DNA of 64,000 nt, taken from a virus (taxonomy: Duplodnaviria > Heunggongvirae > Uroviricota > Caudoviricetes). Position numbers and translations under genes: made by a program. This document shows, piece by piece, positions 19,841 through 29,910 of this stretch (position 1 is the stretch's first letter; each line of letters starts with the position of its first letter). The stretch lies in the IMG/VR virus record IMGVR_UViG_3300042554_002438; one strand, given 5' to 3'. A model generated the notes under the pieces. That model ran no database searches and had not been told where the DNA came from. It saw only the letters and a list, made by a program, of their open reading frames with translations.

Positions 19841-19864
19841 TAGTTTATTCGATGATACGCTCGA

Positions 19865-20500
19865 TTAAAAGTAAGTTTGTTCGAAATACAATACTTCAAA
19901 TTTGTTCTCTTCGTTAATTAATTCAATTGCATTAATTAAATCATTATATTCAACGACAGATTCTTTTTGACCAGTTCTATAAGTTTGTAAGAAATCAAAT
20001 GTAGTTAAGTCATTCCCGAATAGTTTTGAAGATGTTGTGTTGTACTTCATCATCAAACCTAACTCTAACTTATAAGCTTCTCTAACTATCTCACATAATC
20101 CAGAGAAAGTTCTCTTAGTATCAACTGATGGTATAGTTGGGATAATATTAAATCCAACCATATACTCTTGTAACCCTTTAGCGTGTACTAATTCGGTATC
20201 AGCCTCAGCGTCAAAGAAAGCGCCAGCTTTTTTATAGTTTCTATCGTGACACCAGTTAGCGGCGTTTCTATAAAAATAATGGGCTTCATATTCATCGGCA
20301 ATTCTACTAGTCAATTCAGCGACAGTTTCGCCAGGTAAGTTATACAACATTTGGCCCTCATCTTCCATCGGTTCAACGGAAACAGCAACGGGGGTGACAT
20401 CTTCAGCATCTGGTGTCATTGTAACCTCAGCCTCAGGTAATTTATTATCCCTTGCAATGTTCATAATCTTACTTTTCATTTCTTCTTTTGTAACATTCAT
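19865..20500 (-). CDS. ferritin-like protein
   Basis: EYEAHYFYRNAANWC...AEADTELVHAKGLQE resembles ferritin di-iron helices; about 60-aa N-terminal extension. Confidence 0.45.
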   Translation of the reverse strand: MNVTKEEMKSKIMNIARDNKLPEAEVTMTPDAEDVTPVAVSVEPMEDEGQMLYNLPGETVAELTSRIADEYEAHYFYRNAANWCHDRNYKKAGAFFDAEADTELVHAKGLQEYMVGFNIIPTIPSVDTKRTFSGLCEIVREAYKLELGLMMKYNTTSSKLFGNDLTTFDFLQTYRTGQKESVVEYNDLINAIELINEENKFEVLYFEQTYF

Positions 20501-20545
20501 GATTAAATCTTTTACATAAATAGTTTGATTTTATAATAAATCCCC

Positions 20546-21325
20546 TTACAAATCATTAAATAACTTGATCATATCCGAGATATCAACAACACCCTTTTTC
20601 TGAATCACATGAGTTGCACATTCGTTTGCAAAGAAAATGCTAGTCTCAACATGCCTTGTTTTAATTAACGCAGCGGTGAACGCGGCGATAAAAGTATCAC
20701 CAGCCCCAGCCACATCCCTAACATCAACCTTTTTTGTTGGATAGTTATTGCCATTAAGGTCACAACCATCACCACCTTTAGTGATTAATAATTTATTACT
20801 TATCTTATTGATAACGTTATTATTATGCGCTGGGTTCTTACTTTCTGAATGATTAACTTTGATATATGTTGCATTAGTTATCCACGACCCGAAAGGTTTC
20901 TTAGTGTCAACTGTCGATATGTTGCTATTCGCTATGATATACTCAATCATCTCTGTCGTTAAAAATCCCTTGTCGTAATCGGATATAATAACAGCATCAT
21001 AGTTAGCAAACTCAACGCTTGATATTTTACTGAAAACCAGCGGTTCAACAACATCACCATCATCAACTCTCAATAAAATGTAATTGGATTTCTCATCTAC
21101 ATAACGAGTCTTAACCATGTTTGTTTCTTGGTAAATAAAATCAACATCAATACCCAATGATTTTAAATTAGCAACAACATTACCAGCCATACCTGGATTA
21201 GTTTTGGTATCGATTGGTTTAAATACTGGTGTGGGGGCTTCTGGGTTTAACCTGGAACACTCTCCATAGATAAATTTATCTATACAAATTTCACCGATAA
21301 CTAAAATTTTCATATTAAATAACAA
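20546..21325 (-). CDS. PfkB-family sugar/nucleoside kinase (ribokinase-like)
   Basis: GAGDTFIAAFTAAL PfkB C-terminal signature and GG anion-hole motif. Confidence 0.7.
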   Translation of the reverse strand: MLFNMKILVIGEICIDKFIYGECSRLNPEAPTPVFKPIDTKTNPGMAGNVVANLKSLGIDVDFIYQETNMVKTRYVDEKSNYILLRVDDGDVVEPLVFSKISSVEFANYDAVIISDYDKGFLTTEMIEYIIANSNISTVDTKKPFGSWITNATYIKVNHSESKNPAHNNNVINKISNKLLITKGGDGCDLNGNNYPTKKVDVRDVAGAGDTFIAAFTAALIKTRHVETSIFFANECATHVIQKKGVVDISDMIKLFNDL

Positions 21326-21495
21326 AATTGCGATTCTTTTTCTGAAGACCTAACCTGATGAATTATACCTCGGTCTGTCCTCACAACTAATTTATTTTCT
21401 TTTGGTAGCACTTCTAAAACTACACCTGTTTTATGTTCACCGAGGAACGAGAAATTAACTGGATCCCCAACTTTATAGTCCGAAATCTTTTTCAT
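21310..21495 (-). CDS. hypothetical small protein
   Basis: 61 aa ORF. Confidence 0.35.
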   Translation of the reverse strand: MKKISDYKVGDPVNFSFLGEHKTGVVLEVLPKENKLVVRTDRGIIHQVRSSEKESQFCYLI

Positions 21496-22140
21496 TTAAT
21501 CCCACCAACCTCTAATGTCTCTGTTTAATAACTTGAACAAAATATCCTGAGCCCTTTTTTCGTTGTAGTGACTAAGATTCATCGCCAATCTTCTTTTATA
21601 TTCATCTTTGGTTAATTCAAAAATTTGATGTTTTTTATTGGCCAAAACTTTCCTAACAGCAGCTTTATGTTGATTAAAATACTCGTCATATCTCTCAGAG
21701 ACCTCAACAATTTCTAGTTCCTTGTAATCAGGTTTATCATCCATATCCAACCAATTGTAATTTGATTCGTGATAATCCATGTATTCCATTGAATAATATT
21801 CTTCTTGAATTTTATCAATAAGCCTAACACATAACATCATTCTTTGAGCATCGTATTTGGCTGATGTATGGATATCCCTATCACCAATATATTTGGATTG
21901 ATTTTTAAGTTTAAACTTTAATATCTCCCAGATAAAATGATCATCCCAATCCCTATCTTTCCAGATAACTGGGAACCATCTGACTAAATTTTTAATGTTA
22001 CGCGAAAATTCCCTGAATCTCCACCCCAGGTTTTTCCAATAATAATCGTAAGTTTTATCCCATAAAACTTTTAATTTATTGGGTTCCTTAACATTTTCAT
22101 CAGTATCAAAATCAATATTTAGTTTATGGCTATTTCTCAT
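21496..22140 (-). CDS. hypothetical protein
   Basis: 214 aa ORF. Confidence 0.45.
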   Translation of the reverse strand: MRNSHKLNIDFDTDENVKEPNKLKVLWDKTYDYYWKNLGWRFREFSRNIKNLVRWFPVIWKDRDWDDHFIWEILKFKLKNQSKYIGDRDIHTSAKYDAQRMMLCVRLIDKIQEEYYSMEYMDYHESNYNWLDMDDKPDYKELEIVEVSERYDEYFNQHKAAVRKVLANKKHQIFELTKDEYKRRLAMNLSHYNEKRAQDILFKLLNRDIRGWWD

Positions 22141-22521
22141 TCAGTTAAATAATTTAAGTTTTGTGTGTTTAAATGTTTTCTTTGTGTAAATACTTACTCG
22201 GCGTTTAAAACAACGGAATCTAATTTTCAACTCATCAATACCATCAACACCAGCACAAACTGTTTTGTGAAACTTTAGTAGTTCTCTGATCATTTGTGGC
22301 CTCTTCTTAGCTGACTTTAAAAAGACATCGTTAAACTTACCAAAGTGCTTAATTTCGTACTTGCAACCATCAAAGTCAGCCACATTGTATGTGATGGAAA
22401 ATTGATGGTCTGTGACCATAATTGATGTGGTGTCAGGTACATTTGACGTAATCCAAACGGTTAACCCATCTTCCGTATGAAAGATAGATTTGGAAACTTT
22501 TTGATTTACATTACTTTCCAT
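22141..22521 (-). CDS. hypothetical protein
   Basis: 126 aa ORF. Confidence 0.45.
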   Translation of the reverse strand: MESNVNQKVSKSIFHTEDGLTVWITSNVPDTTSIMVTDHQFSITYNVADFDGCKYEIKHFGKFNDVFLKSAKKRPQMIRELLKFHKTVCAGVDGIDELKIRFRCFKRRVSIYTKKTFKHTKLKLFN

Positions 22522-22529
22522 TTTTATAT

Positions 22530-23138
22530 TTATATTAGATGTTTCAATATTTTTTCTTTAATACCAGATTGTTTTATACCCTCGAAATCTCTAGGCGTCC
22601 AGACAAAATTTTCTAAACCCCAATCGCGATCAAATGGGCCATATGAACTATTCTCAACATGTATACCCATGTGTAAATCATCAACAGCGACCCAATGAGT
22701 AACTTCTGGATGATCTCTTAACCAACGAAGGATTTCAAAATGTCTTTCTTGCTCCCTATCAGAGGTTCGAGTCCACGGAAAATCGTTATGGTCAGGGACA
22801 AACCCTTCCTCTAACCAATTTGTAAAATGAAACACCTCTGTTCCATCAATTGGTCTTTTAATAATACCTTTAGATTCATAGTAGTCACCTAATTCTTCAA
22901 TTGTCGCGTGTAATCGCCAATCGGAACTAACAACAATTTCAGCGCCAGTTTCTTCAAGTATTTCATTGAGCACTTTAACAGCTTTATCGTCAAAATTATC
23001 GAACCTATATTCAACAGGAATCTCTTTCGAGGTCATGGACAACTTTCTACCACCCCACTTTTCTTGTTTTTTGTATCGACTACCCCAATTGTTTGACAAA
23101 CAAATGACCCCGTCATTATCTAAAAATATAACTTTCAT
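22530..23138 (-). CDS. HAD-superfamily phosphatase (paralog 1)
   Basis: MKVIFLDNDGVI motif I (DxDGV) and VVSSDWR motif II. Confidence 0.55.
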   Translation of the reverse strand: MKVIFLDNDGVICLSNNWGSRYKKQEKWGGRKLSMTSKEIPVEYRFDNFDDKAVKVLNEILEETGAEIVVSSDWRLHATIEELGDYYESKGIIKRPIDGTEVFHFTNWLEEGFVPDHNDFPWTRTSDREQERHFEILRWLRDHPEVTHWVAVDDLHMGIHVENSSYGPFDRDWGLENFVWTPRDFEGIKQSGIKEKILKHLI

Positions 23139-23139
23139 C

Positions 23140-23712
23140 TTAATAATTTAAATCAATGATATCTTTTTCCAACATTGCTTTTGCAATTTCATAGTAATGT
23201 TGGTTAAACCCATCTTTATTTCTTGGTGATGGTAATACATGCACAAAATGATTACGTTGCCCGTAAAGCATATCAGAATCATCATCTATGATGATATAGT
23301 TTTCAACACCAGACTTATCCATGTACTCTTGCTGTACAACTTCATCCCAATTAATATGGTGGAATTGTAGATCGTTATTTAGGTAATACTCTATCTCCAT
23401 TCCTCGCGGAATTGAATAACCTTTGGCTCTCATACTAGGCGTGATGCCAATGATTTTACCTGCCATCTCTTCCATCTCCCAAACCTTTCTCATAAAGTCT
23501 ATACCACCGTGTCTCCAGGTTGAACTAACGACAATTTCGGCGCCAGTTTCAAGAATTAATTTGTTCATTAACTCTTTACTCCAAGAGCAAAATGTTTGAT
23601 AATGATCTTTGCGGCCATCTTCCCAAACCCATTCTTTGTATTGACACTCACCACTTCGATAAGCATTCTCGCAGTTCAACACACCGTCTATGTCAAGGAA
23701 TATTACTTTCAT
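23140..23712 (-). CDS. HAD-superfamily phosphatase (paralog 2)
   Basis: MKVIFLDIDGVL and VVSSTWR; tandem paralog of the preceding gene. Confidence 0.55.
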   Translation of the reverse strand: MKVIFLDIDGVLNCENAYRSGECQYKEWVWEDGRKDHYQTFCSWSKELMNKLILETGAEIVVSSTWRHGGIDFMRKVWEMEEMAGKIIGITPSMRAKGYSIPRGMEIEYYLNNDLQFHHINWDEVVQQEYMDKSGVENYIIIDDDSDMLYGQRNHFVHVLPSPRNKDGFNQHYYEIAKAMLEKDIIDLNY

Positions 23713-23921
23713 TTTTTATCATTTGATGAGAGTGAAGAATAACCGAGCAAACCAATTAATACTTTGATACCAAGAGCTTGCCAAAACCCAATCTTTACTA
23801 AGATAGTGGGCATAGCTGGAACCAAACAAAAGTTCCATAACCACATTATAGGTAACGCCAAGATAACCGCTAAAAGAAGCAGTAATCCGATCACAATCAA
23901 GAACGCTAATAATTTTTCCAT
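23709..23921 (-). CDS. small membrane protein
   Basis: 70 aa, hydrophobic. Confidence 0.35.
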   Translation of the reverse strand: MEKLLAFLIVIGLLLLLAVILALPIMWLWNFCLVPAMPTILVKIGFWQALGIKVLIGLLGYSSLSSNDKK

Positions 23922-23964
23922 GTTACAAATATAATATTTTTTTATTTAACAACAAAATTTATTT

Positions 23965-24294
23965 TTATTTTATAGTTACTTTTATGCTAACACCAATCGT
24001 ATCTATTTGATAATCCGAATATATCTTGATTGTTTTTTCATTATCTTCGTAGGTACCAGCATCACCATTAAAAAACAAAATAAACTTTTCACCAAAATAA
24101 ACCTCGTTAGATTTATAATTTGTATCTTTATTGATTATCTCGTACTTATATTCTAGTTTGTCTTTTTTATGATGGTTGTATAATAAAAAAGAAAATCCTA
24201 TCAATATATGCACTGATAGGAACACACTTAAAATGAGTTTAAAATTTTCTTTGAAAAATTCTAAGATTCGATTAGTTTTCGTCTCCTGGTTCAT
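23965..24294 (-). CDS. membrane-anchored hypothetical protein
   Basis: 109 aa with an N-terminal TM helix. Confidence 0.4.
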   Translation of the reverse strand: MNQETKTNRILEFFKENFKLILSVFLSVHILIGFSFLLYNHHKKDKLEYKYEIINKDTNYKSNEVYFGEKFILFFNGDAGTYEDNEKTIKIYSDYQIDTIGVSIKVTIK

Positions 24295-24817
24295 AATTCA
24301 ATTGTTTAAGTATTATATAGTCGTTCGTTTGAATGTATAAGTTGTTTTTACGCATCAGGGTAATAAATGAGTCTAACGGACTTGTTAATGGGAAATATTC
24401 GATGACATCGGATGGTATCCCATAATTTATATAATTAAACCCAGATAATCTGCGATATTTCTTCTCTCTACCCATTTGTTTATAAGGTCGACCAGAATCA
24501 TCAATAAAATTAAACTCTTCCCAGCCATCTGGATCGCGTTTAGGTATATCCCAAGTTTCCTCGTATTTTGGTAACTTTTCAATAACCTCATTCAATAATT
24601 CTGGGTTTTCACCACATTGTGTGACAGTACCCATTAGTTTGTAATTTTTCGATTCCCCTGGATTAAATTCAAACAAGATGTTACCATCGCTGGTGATTTT
24701 GCCCCATGCGTGATCCATTGTGATGTTTTCTCTAGGTGAATCAATCTCTATCAACAATAATTTGTTCTTTATTGTGTATACTTCAATTGGATTCCATATC
24801 GCTTTTAAGTCTTGCAT
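24272..24817 (-). CDS. hypothetical protein
   Basis: 181 aa ORF. Confidence 0.45.
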   Translation of the reverse strand: MQDLKAIWNPIEVYTIKNKLLLIEIDSPRENITMDHAWGKITSDGNILFEFNPGESKNYKLMGTVTQCGENPELLNEVIEKLPKYEETWDIPKRDPDGWEEFNFIDDSGRPYKQMGREKKYRRLSGFNYINYGIPSDVIEYFPLTSPLDSFITLMRKNNLYIQTNDYIILKQLNYEPGDEN

Positions 24818-24818
24818 A

Positions 24819-25280
24819 TTAACTATTCTTTAATGTACTATCCCAAGCTACATAACAAACTAGATCGTAATTAACTTTACTGGCATCATTGTTCAATATA
24901 TATGGTTCACTTGGTTTAAATTTAACGTATTCGAGTATATCCTCAGCGGGTAATAACTCACTAAGTTGTACTAATTGTTTTAAACTTAATGACTTAAAAA
25001 CCAATTTACTCAACATCAAATTCTCTGGATGGAGTCTACTTGAGAAGTGATAAAAGATATTGTCTTTAGTTACTAAGTGTTCGTTTAAACAATAGTCAAC
25101 CAAATACATGAACCTCAGATCTTTGAACCATTTCGGTATTGCCTGATCATTCACATCAATACCATGGACAATCTTAAATTGAATCTGGTCAATATAAACA
25201 CCACGCTCAAATTTACCAGCAGTCAAGCCGTTAAATGATGGGTTTTTGGGATTCGTGGTTATGTAATTGTTTAAATCCAT
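24819..25280 (-). CDS. hypothetical protein
   Basis: 153 aa ORF. Confidence 0.45.
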   Translation of the reverse strand: MDLNNYITTNPKNPSFNGLTAGKFERGVYIDQIQFKIVHGIDVNDQAIPKWFKDLRFMYLVDYCLNEHLVTKDNIFYHFSSRLHPENLMLSKLVFKSLSLKQLVQLSELLPAEDILEYVKFKPSEPYILNNDASKVNYDLVCYVAWDSTLKNS

Positions 25281-25307
25281 ACCACAAATATAATCAAAAT
25301 TTTTTAA

Positions 25308-26018
25308 TTACAAAACTTTAATGACATTTTCTGGACTAATTGCATGATAATTAGTGCCAACCGTTATTATCTTAATCCCATCAATCTCCATAATAATAGG
25401 TTTTGGGGCATCGTTTGATAAAATCATTAACTCGGAATCATGGGTGTAGCCACACTCAACCAAAGCGGTTGTTAGCCTATGAATAATATAAACGCTGAGG
25501 TAATAATCTAAAACTTTCATATGGTAATTATAATCAAGCTCCTTTTTACCCGTCATACTACCCTGTCCGCTACCATCACATTCTTTACAATCAACAATAC
25601 TCTCGCAACATTCGCACTCAATCTTACCATCACCATCACATGCATAACAATCATCGTATTCATCAATCATTGGAACCGTGTTCAACTTAGTAATTAAATC
25701 ACCTAATTTTACTGGTACATTATTATCCAGTTTCTGGTTCTTTAATACAAATGAAAAATCTGGCATACCATCGGTTTTAATTGTGATCTCATCATCTGGT
25801 ATTTGCTCTTTTGGTACCATAATTAAAAGTCGAGAGTCTGTTGCGCAATAATAATCTTCGTACTCAAAATACGCATTTAGTTTGTCCGCTGCAAACATTT
25901 TAGCTGCATCTAGTAATTTAATCTTACTCATGTTGTCTTTTATTTTTAAATTCTTCAAGTTGTTTTTCCACAATTCTATTCCAATCCATTTCATCGTACT
26001 TTGAGCCAATGGTTCCAA
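25308..26018 (-). CDS. Cys-rich hypothetical protein
   Basis: CYACDGDGKIECECCESIVDCKECDGSGQG zinc-finger-like cluster. Confidence 0.45.
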   Translation of the reverse strand: MEPLAQSTMKWIGIELWKNNLKNLKIKDNMSKIKLLDAAKMFAADKLNAYFEYEDYYCATDSRLLIMVPKEQIPDDEITIKTDGMPDFSFVLKNQKLDNNVPVKLGDLITKLNTVPMIDEYDDCYACDGDGKIECECCESIVDCKECDGSGQGSMTGKKELDYNYHMKVLDYYLSVYIIHRLTTALVECGYTHDSELMILSNDAPKPIIMEIDGIKIITVGTNYHAISPENVIKVL

Positions 26019-26214
26019 AATCTTTCTTATACTCGAATATTTCTTTAACCATTAAATCTTTATCAATTGGTGTAAACTTGTCCCAGTTTGTTAATATCAT
26101 ATCAACCGTTCGGCTAACAATAGGGGTTCTTCTCCCTAATGCATATCTAAAAGCTGATATCATTATAACAGAGTCGACTCTAAATATTTTTCTAAATCTC
26201 GGATCTTTCGTCAT
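25924..26214 (-). CDS. hypothetical protein
   Basis: 96 aa; overlaps the upstream ORF by 95 nt, so the true start is uncertain. Confidence 0.35.
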   Translation of the reverse strand: MTKDPRFRKIFRVDSVIMISAFRYALGRRTPIVSRTVDMILTNWDKFTPIDKDLMVKEIFEYKKDFGTIGSKYDEMDWNRIVEKQLEEFKNKRQHE

Positions 26215-26215
26215 G

Positions 26216-26617
26216 TTATTCTCTATAATAATCGTTTTTTATATGAATATGGCCATTATATATTGGTGAAAACCCATCGAAAGATTCAGCAGGTTCTTCC
26301 AATGCAAATCCCAGTAAAACCAATTTGACATCAAATTTATCGTTCACCGATGAGTAAACCAATTCTTTACCACAAAAAAATAAACAATTTTCTAAAAAAT
26401 CTGGTATTATTTTTTTAAAATCGTAAGAAGCATCAAATGCTTCAATCACATCAATACCCACCCTATCAACAATATAATCAATTTTAACACCGAAATAATT
26501 TTTTCTAATCGATGTTAATGACTTAAGTGATAAAACATAAGCACCCAGTTTACCTGTGAGTTTGTTTAATGGATCGTCTATATTAAAATTAGTATCAAGA
26601 TAATGAAAAATATTCAT
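26216..26617 (-). CDS. hypothetical protein
   Basis: 133 aa ORF. Confidence 0.4.
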   Translation of the reverse strand: MNIFHYLDTNFNIDDPLNKLTGKLGAYVLSLKSLTSIRKNYFGVKIDYIVDRVGIDVIEAFDASYDFKKIIPDFLENCLFFCGKELVYSSVNDKFDVKLVLLGFALEEPAESFDGFSPIYNGHIHIKNDYYRE

Positions 26618-26915
26618 GGTTTTTTATTACAATGTAATTTATAATCTTATGTTTCAACACCAAATCGACAATATTTTTTTTCAAAACAAGTTTTTTAACT
26701 TTAGATTTGGATCCATCATATATGTGAAAATAAAAATCAAAGATTTCTTTATCATAGTAATGGTAGGGCCCGATTAAATCCACCAACCCAGCTTTTTTTA
26801 GCGCCAGATAGTATTCCTCGATTTTTTCATAGTCACTTTCAGATAACGGATTCTTTATGTTATCTAACAAAATTTTGTTGACAGAAACTTCTCTTTCTAT
26901 TTCTAATACATCCAT
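26595..26915 (-). CDS. hypothetical protein
   Basis: 106 aa ORF. Confidence 0.4.
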   Translation of the reverse strand: MDVLEIEREVSVNKILLDNIKNPLSESDYEKIEEYYLALKKAGLVDLIGPYHYYDKEIFDFYFHIYDGSKSKVKKLVLKKNIVDLVLKHKIINYIVIKNHEYFSLS

Positions 26916-26916
26916 A

Positions 26917-27513
26917 TTAAATTATTTGATCGATAACACCATTTTTCAAAGCTTCTTCTGCCGAAAAATACCAATCTTTTTTAAGATTTTTGATTTGGTC
27001 AAGTTGTTTCTGTTTCAGACGAGTACAATCAATTAAATGTGCGTCATAAACCATCATAATCCTTTTGGTTTCTTCAAGATTTTCCTTCAATATACTAAGT
27101 TTATCGTATGGCATTTGATCCAAACACTCATGATACATGTATGTCGATAACTTGTGTCCGTATCTTTTATCCCCAGATACTAATACAAGTAGAGCCATCG
27201 ACATAGCAGAACCAAAACAATAAGTATAGACCTCGGTATTCGAACTCTCTATTGCCGCGATTAAAGCAAAGCCATCATATACCGATCCCCCAAAGCTATT
27301 CACAATCAATTTTATTGGCTTACGTTCATAATCAACCAAATTCTCTTGGTTCTCGTCATCATACTCATTAATCTCAGCAATATATTGGATTATATCGCCT
27401 ACGGAAGATTCATCTATCTCGCTACTTAGTGTGATCGTCCTTGATGGATTTTCCCTATCAAAAGAAAAATACCTATTCTTCTTTTTGTTCTGGTTTTTTA
27501 ATTTCATATTCAT
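26917..27513 (-). CDS. ClpP-family serine protease
   Basis: LIVNSFGGSVYDG...CFGSAMSMAL...YMYHE aligns to the ClpP Ser/His catalytic region (INSPGGSV...GQAASMG...MIHQP). Confidence 0.65.
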   Translation of the reverse strand: MNMKLKNQNKKKNRYFSFDRENPSRTITLSSEIDESSVGDIIQYIAEINEYDDENQENLVDYERKPIKLIVNSFGGSVYDGFALIAAIESSNTEVYTYCFGSAMSMALLVLVSGDKRYGHKLSTYMYHECLDQMPYDKLSILKENLEETKRIMMVYDAHLIDCTRLKQKQLDQIKNLKKDWYFSAEEALKNGVIDQII

Positions 27514-27811
27514 ATGTCAACCATGGTTTTTTTTGTTGGGTGTTTAGTGCCTCAACTATCTTATTATAATTTTCTTCATAAAATCTTTCACCGTCTTCCG
27601 AATTTGCCCAAAATAGAAATCCTGGTTCAGTCTGCGTCCTCCCCAGGATTTCTTTTGTTGCTCTTCTATCTTTTTTAAGAAATGAAATACTAACATAGTT
27701 CAGTATAAACTTCCCATCAGTCTTTGACCAATACGCCAGTTGGCCAAATTTTTGTTTGTTCTTTACTCTGGCATTTTCAATAATCTCTATTAAAAATTTA
27801 ACATTTCCCAT
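27473..27811 (-). CDS. hypothetical protein
   Basis: 112 aa ORF. Confidence 0.4.
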   Translation of the reverse strand: MGNVKFLIEIIENARVKNKQKFGQLAYWSKTDGKFILNYVSISFLKKDRRATKEILGRTQTEPGFLFWANSEDGERFYEENYNKIVEALNTQQKKPWLTYEYEIKKPEQKEE

Positions 27812-29193
27812 TAACTAGATTCTTCCATATCAACCACACCCGAGTCTTTAACTATACCCTCAAGAACCTTAAACTCAAAAGATTTGTGTTTGTAAATTCT
27901 AGGTACCAGACCAGATTCTAATCTGACACATACACCCTCACGGATATGGGTATCATCGAGCATTGATTTACCTTTAGAATAAATATCAACAAGTTCAGTA
28001 ATCTTGTCATTAAAATCCCTATCACCGTTTATACTTGGATAGGTTAATTCCATTTCAATTCTTCTGAAACGTGTTATCTCTGGAACATGTTTTACACCTA
28101 TCTCATTACATCTTTTAACAACATCATCCCAAGTGTAATCAACTGATTGGCCATCTGGGTTGGTCATTGTCATACGGTACACATAAAAGTCTTGTTGGGC
28201 TGTCGAACAACCATATGAGTAAACCATGTGCTTTTTATCGCCCATGTTGGAATACTGTTTCGTGAATTCCTTATCACCCATTTTACTTGTATCAACAGAT
28301 GGCATGATTGGCGTATTCTCATTCTCATAACCAACAATCTCAAGATAAACAGTCTCACCTTTTCTTAGATTACCTTTGAAAAGAGCGAAAGCTTTATCTC
28401 TTATGGTTGGATCATGGAATTGGGTTGCATTTGATTTAGCCTCCTCCAAAACAACTCTGCGTGTACCAGTTAAATAAGCCCATTCAGTCTCGTTTATCTT
28501 GATACCAAGCTTAATCAATAATCTTTCAAACCAATTTAAATCACGGTCAACCAACACATGCCCAACTCTATGAGAAGTTCCGTGTAGTTTTTCTGTGATG
28601 ACAACCAAATCCTCACGATTTATTTGATGTACATTCTTACCAAAATGTTCGGTATCAATATGTTCCTTGAACATAACCGAAGTTTTTGCCACTCTGGTTT
28701 TTTTACCTTGGTTTTGTTGAGCGGCTTTTATTGTGTTCGGGTTGATGTACTTATTACAAATTGGTACACCACCCCATTCATCAATCTCAAGACCCTCATC
28801 AACCAGACCAGTCACATAAATGAAACCAAAACTGTGTAATGGTGTCCAGAAACCATCTGAGATTTCCCCACGAAATCTCTGGGCCCTAACCCTACGGTTA
28901 TCATCAAACATACCAGCTTTATCATCTGGGAATTTGTTCTTTGTTTTATCTCGATATAAGTTATTCGCATGGCAAAACTCATGAGATAACTGACCATCAC
29001 ATGGGAAGTATACCCCCCAATGATCTTCTTTGCAATCTAAACCAACCACCACTTGATTACCGTGGCATGTCGCTAATTGCACCTTATCCGCATTAGGATG
29101 CGGTCTAACGTTTTTAAGTTTTGTTACTATTCCTTTATACATATTTTTTACTTTGATTCTACCATTACGTAAGTACCCTCTACCATACCCCAT
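27811..29193 (-). CDS. ATP-dependent RNA ligase (Rnl2/Rnl5-like) with an N-terminal OB/tRNA-binding-like domain
   Basis: nucleotidyltransferase motif I ITEKLHGTSHRV (KxHGxx, as in T4 Rnl2 EKIHGTN); N-terminal ...RPHPNADKVQLATC... resembles tRNA-binding OB folds. Confidence 0.6.
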   Translation of the reverse strand: MGYGRGYLRNGRIKVKNMYKGIVTKLKNVRPHPNADKVQLATCHGNQVVVGLDCKEDHWGVYFPCDGQLSHEFCHANNLYRDKTKNKFPDDKAGMFDDNRRVRAQRFRGEISDGFWTPLHSFGFIYVTGLVDEGLEIDEWGGVPICNKYINPNTIKAAQQNQGKKTRVAKTSVMFKEHIDTEHFGKNVHQINREDLVVITEKLHGTSHRVGHVLVDRDLNWFERLLIKLGIKINETEWAYLTGTRRVVLEEAKSNATQFHDPTIRDKAFALFKGNLRKGETVYLEIVGYENENTPIMPSVDTSKMGDKEFTKQYSNMGDKKHMVYSYGCSTAQQDFYVYRMTMTNPDGQSVDYTWDDVVKRCNEIGVKHVPEITRFRRIEMELTYPSINGDRDFNDKITELVDIYSKGKSMLDDTHIREGVCVRLESGLVPRIYKHKSFEFKVLEGIVKDSGVVDMEESS

Positions 29194-29429
29194 GAAGATT
29201 CTTCATGAAAGTAATATGTTTCTGGTACGTCTTTGTCTGTCATAGGTCTTGTCAGATACCATAATTGTGACCCTTTCCAAGTGACATTTAACAATTTTTG
29301 ACCTTTTGGTAAATGCAATGTGGCCTCACCGCCCCAGTTTTTAACCCGAGAGTTATCAGTACAGGATGTAAATAAACAAACTGAAATAATGGCCGCCCAA
29401 ATAGATGCGATGATAATAATTTTTCTCAT
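29148..29429 (-). CDS. putative lipoprotein
   Basis: MRKIIIIASIWAAIISVCLFTSC signal peptide with lipobox; the ORF-track start at 29450 is a TTG, so the internal ATG at 29429 is preferred. Confidence 0.45.
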   Translation of the reverse strand: MRKIIIIASIWAAIISVCLFTSCTDNSRVKNWGGEATLHLPKGQKLLNVTWKGSQLWYLTRPMTDKDVPETYYFHEESSWGMVEGTYVMVESK

Positions 29430-29440
29430 ATTATTTTTAT

Positions 29441-29480
29441 TAAGGTACAAAGATAGTGATTATTTTTTTAATTCGCAAAT
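29441..29480 (-). promoter_or_regulatory. promoter-like motif copy
   Basis: aggtacaaagatagtgattatttttttttaattcgcaaat. Confidence 0.4.
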
Positions 29481-29506
29481 AAAAAAACCCCACAGAGGGG
29501 GTTTTT
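29480..29506 (-). terminator. rho-independent terminator (bidirectional hairpin)
   Basis: A7-ccccacagaggggg-T6; downstream of the thioredoxin gene. Confidence 0.6.
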
Positions 29507-29528
29507 TAAAAAAAAATTCATATTAAAT

Positions 29529-29855
29529 TTAAATAGAGAATATTTCTGCGAGTTGATCTATGAATTTATTCTTTGGTACATAACCGCTTTTAGTAGCGAT
29601 TTTTGCCCCATTCTTGTAATATAAAAGGGTTGGAATTCCTCTTACATTATTTTTTGCAGCTAACTCTGGACAATTATCCACGTTAACTTTGCATATTTTA
29701 ACGATACCAATTTGATCCGCAGTTTCTTCTAGAACTGGGGCTAAAGATTTACAAGGGCCGCACCATTCAGCGTAGAAATCAACCACTACCTTATCTTGAC
29801 TTGAGATTATTTTTTCGAAATCGCTTTCATTTTCAATTGAAATTACATTTGACAT
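29529..29855 (-). CDS. trxA: thioredoxin
   Basis: WCGPCK active site; 108 aa. Confidence 0.85.
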   Translation of the reverse strand: MSNVISIENESDFEKIISSQDKVVVDFYAEWCGPCKSLAPVLEETADQIGIVKICKVNVDNCPELAAKNNVRGIPTLLYYKNGAKIATKSGYVPKNKFIDQLAEIFSI

Positions 29856-29910
29856 ATTAATTTTATTAATTTTTTATTATTTTATACAACTATAAATATA
29901 CAAATTTTGT

